Shown here piece by piece: positions 34,032 through 46,700 of a stretch of DNA of 64,000 nucleotides. Each line of letters begins with the position of its first letter. Position 1 is the first letter of the stretch. The stretch comes from Rhodosorus marinus CCMP1338 (taxonomy: Eukaryota > Plantae > Rhodophyta): positions 2,604,001 to 2,668,000 of the forward strand of contig JAMWBK010000002.1 in NCBI GenBank assembly GCA_029953675.1, read 5' to 3'. The position numbers were made by a program, and so were the translations under genes. The notes beneath the pieces were generated by a model. That model worked only from the letters and a program-made list of their open reading frames with translations. It searched no databases and was not told the origin of the DNA.

Positions 34032-37000
34032 ATGGCAATGTTTTCGGAGGTTGATTTGGAGCTCGGGACTTCGCTCCAGGTGATTCCCCATCTTCTTCTT
34101 GTCTCTTTGAATTTTGCTCCACTGGATGAGGCTATTCTGAACAATCCATACGGTTTCTCTGGGGGGCTTTACCTCGTGGGTTAGGATCTTGCTTCTGTGA
34201 GAGTGTTGCTCTTGCCTGTAGGAGACATTTCACAAGAAAGGTTCGACGAACTCGCAGCTCTGGTATCTGCAACCTCTCAGATACCTCTGAGGTCTCTTCC
34301 GAGAAGATTGGTCGAGGATGCAGACTCTAGCACGCCTTCGAAACTGCCTTCTCGAATATCTTCTTTGGCAAAATCAAGAAAGGTCCGGAATTTCCACCCA
34401 GTCAGTCCTTCTAACCGTTCTTCCGTGTTGATACGCTGTGATGCTTATGCGACACCCACTCTGAGTTTGCTTATGGCGTACAGGCTGCTAGTATCGACAA
34501 TCAAATGGCTTCGAGAATTCTGAGTGGCGATAGTGGAAGTCCAGAATACGAACCAGAAGATAGTGTCTGCCTTCGATATGAGAAGCTAGAAAGGGATGCA
34601 TCTGGTGAAGTCATTGTACCGACTGAGTCTGAGTGGGAAGAGTGAGACGATTTTCTTCACTTCAAAAGGAAGTTTGTTTTGTTGGGACCCCGATGTTGTT
34701 CTCAAAACCAGTTTTTTGTCATGGATGAAAAAACTGCAGATACCGCGCGAGTCTAAGCGTCTGGGGTGCTATTGGCATTTTCGATCATAACAGTACCGAT
34801 GCTGTAGAGTCCACAAAGGACGCTTTGAAGCTTTACAAGAAGACGTTTGAAGAGTTTGCCTCAATTGTTTCCCAGTGTCGATCGCTCTCCAGTTCGAAAT
34901 GCTTTGTGTTCACCCCCCCAGACTCGGTGAGCAAGCCGGGAGTCAACCTGCTTTCAGACACGGATACACTTCAAGGGGCAGGCATAGGGGACGCGAGCAG
35001 GGGGGTACGTGGTTTTTGCCTTATAGCCAAAGTGCTCTTCATCCTCCAGCAGAGATGCGAAACTTGCCTCTGCGGGTGGGCTGAGCATAACTCTTGCGTG
35101 CCTGCTGTCTAGGATGTTTTTGGTGTAATACCCTATGCTCCGGAAAACAGCCAAGAAGATGTCAAAATGGAGATCCGGGCGCAGGTTTTGCATGTTGCAG
35201 ATTTGATCTTACAGTCACTCAACAATAGAATAAGGACATACAAACAAACGTCTGGCCCAATTCTATCTCCGCTGGATATGAAGCACAGCGTGGAAAAGCA
35301 TTCTACGCTGAAGCAGAGAAGACAAGGCCGACTAGACAAATGCTTCGGAGATTTGTATCTGCTTATGGCGCTCCCGGGTACGTCTGCTCGTTATTCAACA
35401 GAGCCTACCCCCAAAATCTGCGTAAGGTAGTTGATCAAGGTATCTATTTCTGTACCCAACAGCCCTCGCTAGGACGAAGTACGAATCTGCTATTGACAAG
35501 ACGAGGACAAACGGAGATCGACTGTGGCTAGCCGGGAGTTTGGAGGGATACAACGCTGCAGCTCTGTCGACCGGAGACCTCACAAGAGCGAGCGTTGACG
35601 CAGTACTCAAAAAGTCAACAGAAATTCTGAAACTCTACAAGAGAAAGCGACTATTCGAGCTCGAGGTATGAACTACCTTGCCTTCCACGAGGTCGAAAGG
35701 GCTGTTCGCAGGAAAGCTGAAGGAAGCGTTCCTTGTTTGCTCATCGAGAATAGGTTGCCGCAGCTATGAAAGTCGCGACGTTCTTGTCTAGGCTCCCGGA
35801 CAAGAGACGTGAAACTCTTCATTACGCAAAGTACGCCGCCGAAGCGGGGATTTCGTTGAAACCGGTGAAGAAGAGAATTGCGCTGCACAGTCAGTTGGTG
35901 AAACTCATGATGGATGTTAACGCACCAAGGAAAGCCGCCCTATTCCTGTACCAACTAGGGGGGTAAATGCCAATCCTAGAACGCTGACACATCATTTCAA
36001 AGGCGAAAGCCGTTAACTGATTCGCTGCCTTGTTTTGCTTCGTTTAGCTTCTACTCCTTTTCTCGGAAATGGCACGAAAGCTACGATATTATCATGGAAG
36101 TGATCAAACTGGTAGGCGAATCCAGTCCGTCAAGCGACGGCTGGGAGCCCCTGCGAAGGGTATTGTTCACAGAAGCTGAAGCTTCAGCTTCGAAGGTAAC
36201 TGCAGTCTGGAAAGACTCGATGCCGCTTGTCTTGGGGTCCTCAACAGGATTGATACAAACTTCGTTTCTAGGTTTTTGATCAGAAACGACAGTCATACTC
36301 CCTAGTGAACGCTCTATCGCTCTCAGCACCCACCGGAGCGGTTCGTGAAAGTGACCGCAAGATCATCGATCTTCTGAATCAGCTCGATGAGCCGCCGTTG
36401 GAGATGAGCGATTCCCTTATTGCTAGGCTAGTTGGGTTTTCTAGTGTGGAGACCACGAAGAACGCTTCAGTACTACGCGACCGCTCTTCAGGGAAGACGC
36501 CAACCAGAAGCGGGCCATTCATATTTTCCGCTATCGGGGGCTCCAAGAACTCTGAATCAACCCCTGCACAATGGATCAAGGAAGAGATCATAAACTTGCC
36601 AGTGACGCTCGAGAGCAAACTGGGCACCGCTCTTGACGTAAGGTTGGAGCTAGGACTGGTTTTTCACCTAGTCGCCAATAGAGTCTGAAACCAAGTTTGC
36701 CGCCCTCTTGAAGATCCGAATCGTAGGTGTTATATTCAGCATACGCGAAGATGATGTAGAATCGCCGACACCTGATGACCGGTCAGGGCGAATCCCACTT
36801 AGCGAGGAAATCCGACATTCATCTAGCATCCTGCGGGTAAATCCTCAGGTAGGGATGTTCTGTCCCGGAACAAATGTGCAATTTGGATCTGCCCAGTTCG
36901 CCTCCGGGCTGAACGATGATGGAAATGTTTTTATCTCTGCTTTGAACAACAGTATGTGAGATTGCCAGAGAGGAACACTTCGGAGGTATCTACCCGAACG

Positions 37001-38732
37001 GAGTATTCACTGGAATGTACCCCGCTGCAGAAGGGTAATTATGAAATTGGCGGTCTTGCAGCAGTACTCTTTGGAAACTGCCTTGTCAAGCTCAAGTTGA
37101 AATCGAACTGCAGTAGCCGATTTGTCAAGGTGAGAAGCATATCGCCCCGTCACCAGGTCGAGAGTATGGAAGATTTTTGAGCGCGCAGTGCCCATGGTCT
37201 CTGAGCTTTCGGGCGTGAGCTGGAGTGGAGTTGTTTGGACGAGCTATATCTGAACGAGCCGATGTTTTTCCTCCCGTTTCGCCACCCGCGCGAATTTTTG
37301 GGCAACTCCATGAATCAAGGTTGTGCCACCTTTGCCCAGGCTCGAAGCTAGTTTCACTCTGGTGAAGGGGATGAACTCTGTTGTTGGGGATGGAGATTCC
37401 GTTGATTTTGAACTGTACCAAGGAGAAGCAAAGTCGTTGAGGGTGAACATCAAAAACGTTGGCAACGTCGATGCCAAGGACGTTACAGTCAAGCTGATTG
37501 GTTCTGAGCCTGCCAAGCGACTGCTTAGCATGGATGAGCCGACTGAGGTATTCCAGTACCCAACGCTTGCGGTCGACAACGGGTTCACCTTTGAAACACC
37601 TCTTGATACATCGACGTCCATGGTTGAAATAGGTGAGGATGTGGCTTATTGTGACCTGTCCCTTTGTTCGACGTCGGTCGGCGGATTCATGCTAACCTGT
37701 ACGGAATGCTGCTGATGCTCAGGAGTTGCAACTCTGAAGTGTGTTGCGGAACACAGTTCGGAGTTCTGTCCCAACTTATTTCGAGAAACGACGAGGTCGT
37801 TGAGGTTCATCACACAAAACGCCATGACTATTAGGGACTGCGAGATTATTCATGTCCGGAATGGGGAGATAGCTGCCGTACTCGGAATAGAGAACCTCTC
37901 GTCAATGGTTCTCCGCATTCAGGCGAAGCAGCTACTCTCTAATGGGGATGGGAAAACCGGTTTCGACTTTGAGGAAGTGCTACTTGAACCGAAGGGCTTT
38001 TCTTCGGCAGTGGTTAGGTTGGACCTCGAATCCACAGCAGATAATCCGAGGGTTCTTCTTCGATGGGACTCTCTCTCTACTGGAAGCCATGGACATCTCG
38101 AGTTTCCACTGAATTTGAACGGTATGTGTCCGGAGTGTGGAGGGAGCCGATTAAGGTTCTTCTTGAGCGGTTTTTTTCTCCAGCGTTTCTCACTTTTGTA
38201 CCCCATTGCTAATGAAACCGTACCGCAGATTCCCCGTTGATCACGGCACCAAAAGTGAAGATGACGTTGAGCATAGGCGAAAGTGACCATCATTGCGCCT
38301 CCGTGCTCAGTGGTGTTTTCTATAAGCTGAAGCTGTTGGGGACCCATATTGATCCCAACTCTGATGCGGTTGACGGCACATTGGATGTGCGAATATGCAT
38401 GGAGAATGGGACTGGGAAACGTACTGCTGTGGGAATGGAAAAGAAGGTAAGACTAAGCATTCATCTCCCCTGATGAGGTTACAGGCATTTATTGCTCGAT
38501 TAAGACTTTATCACCCCTCTTCTCCACTACTCTTCTTGTATCACCGTCCCTCGCGTAGGTTATGGTGGCTGGCGTCCTGGAAGGTGTACGAGTTTCTGCA
38601 TCTAACGGTTTTGAACATGCGATTGGAGCTCGGTTCGGTTGTGTTGGTACATATGCGGTGGAAGCTTCCCTCCGAGCTCGGGGGTACAAGGTGACCAAGT
38701 TCTGGAGAGTGAGAGTCTCGTCTTCCGAGTGA
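34032..38732 (+). CDS. TRAPPC9: TRAPP II complex subunit TRAPPC9 / Trs120, multi-exon
   Basis: N-terminal VRVLLLPVGDISQERFDELAALVS, SEWEEYRASLSVWGAIGIFD (cf. WGDFQTHRKVVGLI), RRQGRLDKCFGDLYLL, GPFIFS, and the C-terminal Ig-like exon VMVAGVLEGV...GTYAVEASL ending at TGA 38730-38732. About 14 short introns; the junctions were only partly mapped. Confidence 0.85.
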
Positions 38733-39111
38733 GGTGTGAGATGATCTTTTGCATATTTTTTTGGTTCTCTTGGTCGTGGTATTGTATAGAGTAAGATCTG
38801 GGTGCCCAGGATGTGGTGGTATTGGAGTGATAATGGACGAGATCAATTCAAACTAACTAGAGACGTCTGCTTTGATTGGCGTTATGAGCCACCGGCAAGC
38901 GGATTAAAGGAAAGAATCATGCCCTCTGTTTTTTATTTTCGGACTAGCATGTTTCGTTTTGGGTCAGAGTAAGGGGAGAAAAGAAGCAGCGCGAGCTTGG
39001 ATTTAGAGGCGCATCATTTAAGCGGCTTTACCAGCACTAGAAATGCGAGCGCGTAGGCAAGTTTTTTGCAGTTCTTCGCACGGCCGCTTCTTTGCTCTCT
39101 TGTCAGCAGTG

Positions 39112-39728
39112 CTAGTCATGTTTTCCGTACTTGAACGCTAGAATATCATCCTTCAGCGAATCGTTTGTGTCAACTCCATGCTTCTTCAGAATGCCATCAA
39201 GCTCTGAAGCTTGAGCTTCCAATTGTTCGGGAGTCGGCTGTCGTGGGAAGAGCGGGATTGGTTCAGCAAACTACAATATGATCTGAACTCAGATCCTACA
39301 TGCTTGACCCGCCCAATCTTACCGTGTGATGCCTAGAAAGCTTGTCAGCTAGGTTCTTCAACACCTTTTCCTCCTCCTTGTTGAAGTACTGCGTGACGAG
39401 GGAAGATATACAGACAAGCAAATCAATTCAGATCATCCGCGCCTTTACACGCGTCCTCATGGCTCGATCTAGCGCCGAACACATACACGAAAAACAGATG
39501 GAGCAAGCCAAACGTAGAAGCAAAATCCAAGAACTAAACAAAACAAGAAAAGGAGATCGCTTCTATGCGGATCACATAAACACTTACCATATTCTCCTGC
39601 GCAGCCTCCTTGTCCTTCCACTTCCCGCCAAGACTCCCCGAAGCAATAGTACACATCGAGCGACTACTCCCCCTCACTCCACTCACCGCCAACACCCCAA
39701 ACCTACTCGCCACCAAAAACGAACTCAT
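39112..39728 (-). CDS. ATP5IF1: Mitochondrial F1Fo-ATPase inhibitor IF1-like protein, 3 exons, 110 aa
   Basis: Exons 39728-39588, 39388-39323 and 39237-39112 join in phase 0. Product: presequence MSSFLVASRFGVLAVSGVRGSSRSMC, then GGKWKDKEAAQENMYFNKEEEKVLKNL (IF1 core, cf. GGAFGKREQAEEERYFR). Confidence 0.75.
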
Positions 39729-40765
39729 TCTTCCCCCTTAGCAACCGCTCCCTCCCCACAAACGAACCCCGGCCGCACCCCAAACCCCTCCCTGCAAACA
39801 CCCCTCAAAAACCAATCGATCTCTCCACCAAAGCACCCCAAAAAACGCACCAGCAGCCAAAAAAATAAAATTCAACAACACCAAAAGAAAAGCAAATTAT
39901 CGCACTTGTAAACCAAAACAATCCCTTCTCTTCCTTCGTCTCCCCCTCTCAACCACCTCCACCCCCGAAGACCAAGGACAGAATCCTCTTTATATACTCA
40001 GCAAAAAAAGCGTTTTCCATCTTCAGTTGATAGATAACGATAGGAAACAGAGAGCGTCTTCCATCTCCAGTTGTTAGAAAACAACGGAACAGAAAAAAAA
40101 CAAAAAAACAGAAAAAACAACAAAACATCAAAATCTGACGAGATTCACCACATTCATTTTTGTCGTTAAAAATACATGTATCTATTCTTTTTATTCAATT
40201 ATTCATGATCAATTTCAAGTTTGTCTTTAGAAATATTAAATTTCTTTTTCCGCTATTTTCCTTGATTGTCAAAATATCTTCGTTTTTTGTTTGTTTATTC
40301 TTATTTCGTCGGCATGGATCGCGTTTTTTAGGAATTAAGGAGTGTGGATGGAACTCACCCTGAAGTTGAATTTTTCGGCGGGTTTTTGGGGGGTGGGAGG
40401 AGAGGTTTGATCGGCTATGTGACATTTTTGTTTTTGGATGGGGTGGAGGCTGGGATCTGAGGAGTTTTCTGGTTTAGATTGATTTGCGATTGAAACTACA
40501 TATGATATGAGAGCTCTCCTGGAGCTAGGAAAGCTCACAGAACAGAAACTAAGCTAACGGTGGTCTCCCCCGGTGCTGTTTTCGTGGGCATCCGTCTAGC
40601 CGTGCAGGGGGTTTACGATGGTTTGGATGAAAGACGATGAAAGACTGGATCCACGAGACCGCTTCTTCGTTACATCAAAATTTTCCAGTTTTAAGATATT
40701 GGTACAAATATTTAGTGCTTTCGTGGTCATTTATCGGCCACTCCTTTTGTACAACAGCTGAAATC

Positions 40766-43700
40766 CTACAGCGGCTCGTCGCTGTCCAACGCGGCGAGCA
40801 TCCCAATTGACGATGTACTGCTTGCGATTGAATCACGCGCCCGGCGCATGGATTCTGCGGCACTCCTGCTCAGCTGCAAATTCTCCTCTTCTCTACTCGT
40901 GAAGTCGAATAGGTTATCTCGTAGCCACCTGAACGCTGCCTGGAATGGTCTTGCAAAGTCAAGTGACAAATTAAGCTCGTTCGGGTGGAAGGCGCTCTCC
41001 CTGTAAATCGCTAGTACACGTTCGGCGAGGTCCTCCGGGGTTGTGCACAATCTACGAAGAGAGACCTCACCAAACCTCAGGCGAGCATGGAAAGAGTTCA
41101 ACAGGGCGGTAACAGCATTCACAATCGCGAACATGACCGCATTCATTTCGATCGAATCAGATGACCCCAGCTCCTGCAGTTCCTCCAAGGCCTCTTTGCT
41201 ACTGGTCAGTGATAGTTCAAATTCGAGAGGCTTGATCTCCATGGTCGATACGAAGACCGAACGCCATCGAATCTTCTTCTCTTGCTCGGACTCAACCCCG
41301 TTCCTCAGCTCTGGCTTCAGGCGTACCCACCAAGAATGGACCAGACGGACTAAATCGAGAACTGTCTTCGCATCTCCATCGACACGGATTGGTTGATGCT
41401 CAACGCCCAACCGAGTCATATACAACGCTCCCATCTCCGGTCCAAACGTCATCCAGCTCACAGCCGCGTGGAGAACATTTTTCGGAATGTCAAGTCCCCG
41501 TCGATTCCCGGAATTCGCTCGTCCAGCAATCGTCCTTCCATGCTCACCACATGTTTCTACGTCAAAGTTTCCCACCCAAAGCTCGGCCTGTAGAACAACA
41601 GATGATTGCAAAAAGTGGTGGATCAGCTACCGAACTCACAGATCGATGTCCGTATCCAGCTGCGTTTGGATTCATGTCTAGAACCAACCTGCTGCGCATC
41701 AAGTCTCCTCTCATAGGCGAGCTTGATGTAAGCCCAGGTTGCAACAATGAGCTCCCTGCGGTCATCATCGGCGAGAGATACCTCAACACCAGGAGCGTCT
41801 ACTTGAAGCCCAAGCGATGGCGCGTTCTGCTTGTTGGACGCGACCAGCATGTTGTTCTGGTTGTACGGGACTAGGTCAGTTCCTGGGGCCACCAAAGACG
41901 TGTCCGAAATCGTGATAACATGAATTTCCCCCGTTCGATTCACAGTCACAGTAACGCTAGGAATATCCCCGTCCTGCTCAAAAGCGACTGACCCTCGCCG
42001 AACTGGATCAATTTGACAAGCAAACAGAAATCGTCCGTGACTCCCGGATGTAGAAACCTACCGCCCACAAAGACAAACGCAGAAAACACCAAAACACAAA
42101 GTCGTGTCACTTAGAATACGGATGACGACCCGACGCTTCTCCTCAAGTTTTACCCGGAGCAAAGCTTTTCTCATACCTTCACGTGGAGCTCAAGTAACTT
42201 TTCCTTCCCCGGTTCATCCCATGCGTAGCATCCGAACGCTCCGGGGATCAAAAACAGCGAGCCGTCGAAAACCGAAACTTGGCTGACGCGGATATCAAAC
42301 CTGCACGCATTGTGAATCTGAAAGGGAACGACCAGCTGCACTTCGTCAAGCAGACAGGCGCGAACAGTCCCAGACACGGTCCGCTCCACTGAGAGTCGGG
42401 GGTGAAAGAATTGACCTGTCGAGCTGTTTCTCAACCTTAATACAGTCTCCTTCAACCGATTCGGTTCCAAGCCCTCCTCCAAGCGGATGGAAGAGCTCCA
42501 TTCCCAGCCCAAAGCGTCAATTTTGCATGTCAGAATCACATCCCCAGCGTTTGTGAAGTATTCTAGGCCTTTCGTTACCCCGCTCGCCAACTGTTGGCCA
42601 GCAGCGGACAGGAGTATATGGACAAGGAGGCGCGGAAGCAACACGTTAGGGATCCGCCTCAACAACGAGAAAAAAAACAAACTGGAGTAATGTAGAAACG
42701 CATGTGGTCTCAATCTGGAAGTATCTCACGTACTTTCTGAGAGTAGGCAGTGGCCCCCGCTTCCGCAACGAGGACACTGTGGCCCTCGAGACCATTGAAG
42801 ATCTCAATTAGCGGAAGGAGAGTCACTTTCGTGATGCCTCTGTCCGCCCCTGTCAATGGAGTAGACAATAGTACGGCTCGGTACCATCGCGAACGATTTG
42901 GTCCAGGGGCGGAAAGGACTCTGCTTTCTTGTGCCCGGTCATCGGAAAGAACGACTTTGGGCGGTTCCTCGAGCGTCAAGAGCTCGAAGGTAGGTTCCCC
43001 GTTGCCTTCCTCCGGGTTTCTCAGTCGCAACTGTTGACTCCATCTGCTTCGGCCAATTCTAATCCAGAATCCGTCTCCCGGCTGAATTGGTAGCGGATTA
43101 CCGCCTTTACGCGATGCAAAGTCTCGGATCAGGTTTCCCCCAGATCCAGGGTCTTCCGTGGTTATCCTGGCCCCAACGCGTTCAAGATCGCAGGAGAACC
43201 ACATTGGAGCAAATATTCTCACATATCGGAGTCCTTCTTCCTCCCTCATGTTGAAGCAGAGCTCGAGGCCAACGATCTTCAAAGATCCCGAAGCCGGAGC
43301 ACTGAAAAAATCCACGGGAACGCTCCAAAAATGGCCCCACGCACGCAATCGAACCAACCGTGAACCCATGAACATGTCACAGGCGGTGGATTTGGCCAGC
43401 TTCTTTACAAGCCCGCCATCCTAAGCAGCGTAGCGCAGAACCAGGCCGTTATCTTAGCGGGCATTGAAGGGGGAAACAGAAGCGGGACAACAGGAAAGGT
43501 AAAAGCCCGAGATTCCGTTTCCGCAAATATTTGGTCTTACCGAAATGTCCTCAACTAAAAGCTCATCCGGCAGTCTGTTCTCGATTATCAAGGTTGGGGT
43601 GAGGACGATCTCCGTCTCGTCGCTGGAAGCGGAAGAGAGTACCCGAACTGCACTGTTCGTCTTGATGTCTACTTGCATGATTTCAGCGGTCCTATCCGTT

Positions 43701-46700
43701 TTGAAACGCACAGGGCTAGGAGACCAGTATATGCCGTCTATAGAGATGAAGACGCCAACGGCCAACTCTGGCACCCCAACGGGAACGTTGAAAGCAGATT
43801 GCGGAGGTATGCACCGGACGTTCCGGTCGTGACTGGGTCGAATCCAGAGGTGCGTATGCGAGTCGTTTCTTATATGCACGCCAGAACTCAGTTGAACGAT
43901 CCGTGCGGCTCCTCGCTTTACTCGGCGGACGCTCAGCTGGACAGGGACTAAGTCTCCAACTGTGTGAAGCGTCAATACAGACTTCGTGCTATGAAGCGTA
44001 TTCAGCTGAAACTCTGGTGCAACGGATTCCACGCTGACGCCCAATACCTCAGTATCCAGCTCAATGGTCCCACCCGGCTTGACAGTCAGCGATTCAACCC
44101 CGTCACGTCCGCCTCTAACGAGCACATCCAGACCGGTCTGGTTGCAGAGGTAGTACACCGAATTCACCGTTCCAAGTGCGAGAGGGTCCAAGAGAGCAGT
44201 ACGAGCATTCTCCTCTCCCAGTGCTGTTGCCACCGCCGCTAGGAGCTCGAAAACTCTCCCGGAAACCGTGAACCTGATGCTGTCATGCATCCTTGCTTTC
44301 CAAGACCTTGCCGACACTTGCCTAAGTGAGAAGCGCGTCTCAGACAGAACATCATTCCAACCTCCCCAAGGCGGTCGAAGGTCAACCTTTAGACTGCAGG
44401 AACCCACGGCGGAGGTACGATTTGCACTGCCATCCATGGACGCCATTACTCGCAAGGCCCAGATGGTCTCATTTTGTCGTGAATTCAACAGTAACGCTGA
44501 AACCTAATGGCACAACCACAGAAGTTAGCAGCGTCTCGATTATTTTGTCGACCCGACCACTGGACTCAGGGAAAATCAACTCACCCTTCTCAGTCTCATC
44601 TCTCCCTGTGGGACAAAAAATTCCGAGATCTGCTCTCCCTGCGCATCCGCGTCGTTTATCTCTCCGAATTGGAAAGCGTCCTGAACAATGGGAATGAACT
44701 CCTGAAGGGCTTTCAACTCTGCTACGCAAACGACGATTTTTATGTCCCTCGCTTGCACGACAAGCTCGGGTGTTACAGCCAGGGACAAGCTGGTCGCTGT
44801 AAGCACGGCTTCCTTGGAGCAGGTCAATCTATTCACGGAGTTCATGAGGTGTTCCGTCGTGCAAAGAAATACTTTCAAGTCGCCCACGGAAAAGCCATCA
44901 TCCGAGTAGGACAAATCAACGAGTGTCACAGCTACAGAAACGCCGTGCTCGCTTAACGTCGAATCGCAGATGCACACTTCTATTGGAAAAAAATCCTTAA
45001 ACGCCACATTCGATTTTACGAACACCGGCGCGATTTGGAAACTGTCCTCGTCTTCCTCGTCGTCTACTACTCTGAAGATCGGTGCCAGCTGGAGCTTGTC
45101 CTCCTGTTCGTAGGGATGCTCATCACCATCCGTGATTCGGGACTTGAACAGGTAGTCCGACGCCGGTACAAGAGACAATTCTTGCTCTGAGAACTGGGAT
45201 TTCATCAGGTTCACCAGATCAATTGGCAAGACGCTGGCTAGCAACTTATGGTTCACCACTGTGTTTGCGAGTCGAGAAGAGACCTCAACATCCACAGTAA
45301 CTGCAACCGCGGTCAAAATTGCCCTGAGCTCCTCTGAAACTACGCCCGGACGTGAATCAGAGATACGGAATTCTCCGACACTTGCGTGAATCTTTCTCTG
45401 TACGTCGACAGAGCTCAGCTGCTTCTTCTCCTTCTGTCTAAACTTTACACTGCCAGTAAATAAGCGTATGATTTCGCTTCTGTCCCCCCCGTTCTTTACA
45501 AAGCCGACCAAGACGTTGCCTACGGATACGCTGAAATCATCAAAAAACTGCCTGGATTGCGTCGACGTAACCACCACAGTGTCCTGTCAAGTTGAAAGTT
45601 CCGCAGTCTGATAAAACTTGGGACACAGGGGTTCTTTAGGCACGTGACGGGCTAGTGTTCATACCTTGGTGGGTGGTATCGTCAAGATGCACTCATCAAA
45701 AATCGCTGACAAACTCACTAAGCTCAGCATATCCAAGCGCCCGTGGATTTCCGGAATTGACAGCTTTGTTTTTGTTCTGTTTCCACTCGAACTCTCTTCC
45801 GCGGCGACGGTAAGGTCTACATTCACCCGTTCCGTTAGTCCACATTCACCGCGCCCCCCCCGAAGGGATGTCTTCACGGACGACGTCATCTTGACGGACA
45901 CCGTTTTTACGCCTGGCCGTGACATATCGAATTCTTCGACGTGTTGCAGCTCCAAGTCGATCACAGAAAGCAGCAACGATCTCCTTCCTCGATCATAGAA
46001 CTTTGGTATCGAAAGGTTCAAGAAGGGAGCGGCTACATGCAGGCTCATGGCTTCTGGGATTTCCTCCTCCACGGCCCTGACCATTAAAACCAGAAGTTTA
46101 CTAGGATTAGCATGAGTAGTATCAACACGGGACTTGCAACAGTGAGCATCAAGTGGCGTACATACCCTTCATAGAATAGGTCAAGTAACAAGGTGAACAT
46201 TATCCACGAGTCGTTAATCGCCTTCGAGAGATCCAGGAAAGCCTTCCCGACAATAGTAAGGTACAAGTACGTCCTCTTTTGTCCAGAAGGCGAAGCCTGT
46301 TCATAGATGATCTCGTCAACATCTAGGGCCTTTGCCCTCAAGCAGCAATCAACTCCAACAAGCTTTCTCGCAACTACTTCGAGACGCTGGCTCTTCATAT
46401 CACCGGGAAGCTCGAAGGTAATATGTAGCAGTGATGACGTGAGGTCTACTAGAGCTTGCTTCTCGTCACCTAGAGCAAGGTTGCTGTTGCCACAACGGAA
46501 CACAAACTTTTGCACGGAGGAAGACGTGCCAGCACCATCCGAAACGCTCACAGACTCTTTCCAACGGCGGGGATTCGTACAAGTATAAACAGAATCAGAA
46601 GTCAGAGAAACCTTCGTTTTGACAAGGAGCAGCAACTAATATTACCTTCCGTCAGGAACTCACCTTCTCCCAAACCCGATGAAGGAGGCAATGAGACACT

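Noticed and set aside
39342-39911. 189-aa plus-strand ORF
   Set aside because: It is antisense to the IF1 exons, introns and G/T-rich leader, and P/T/H/K-rich because of skew.
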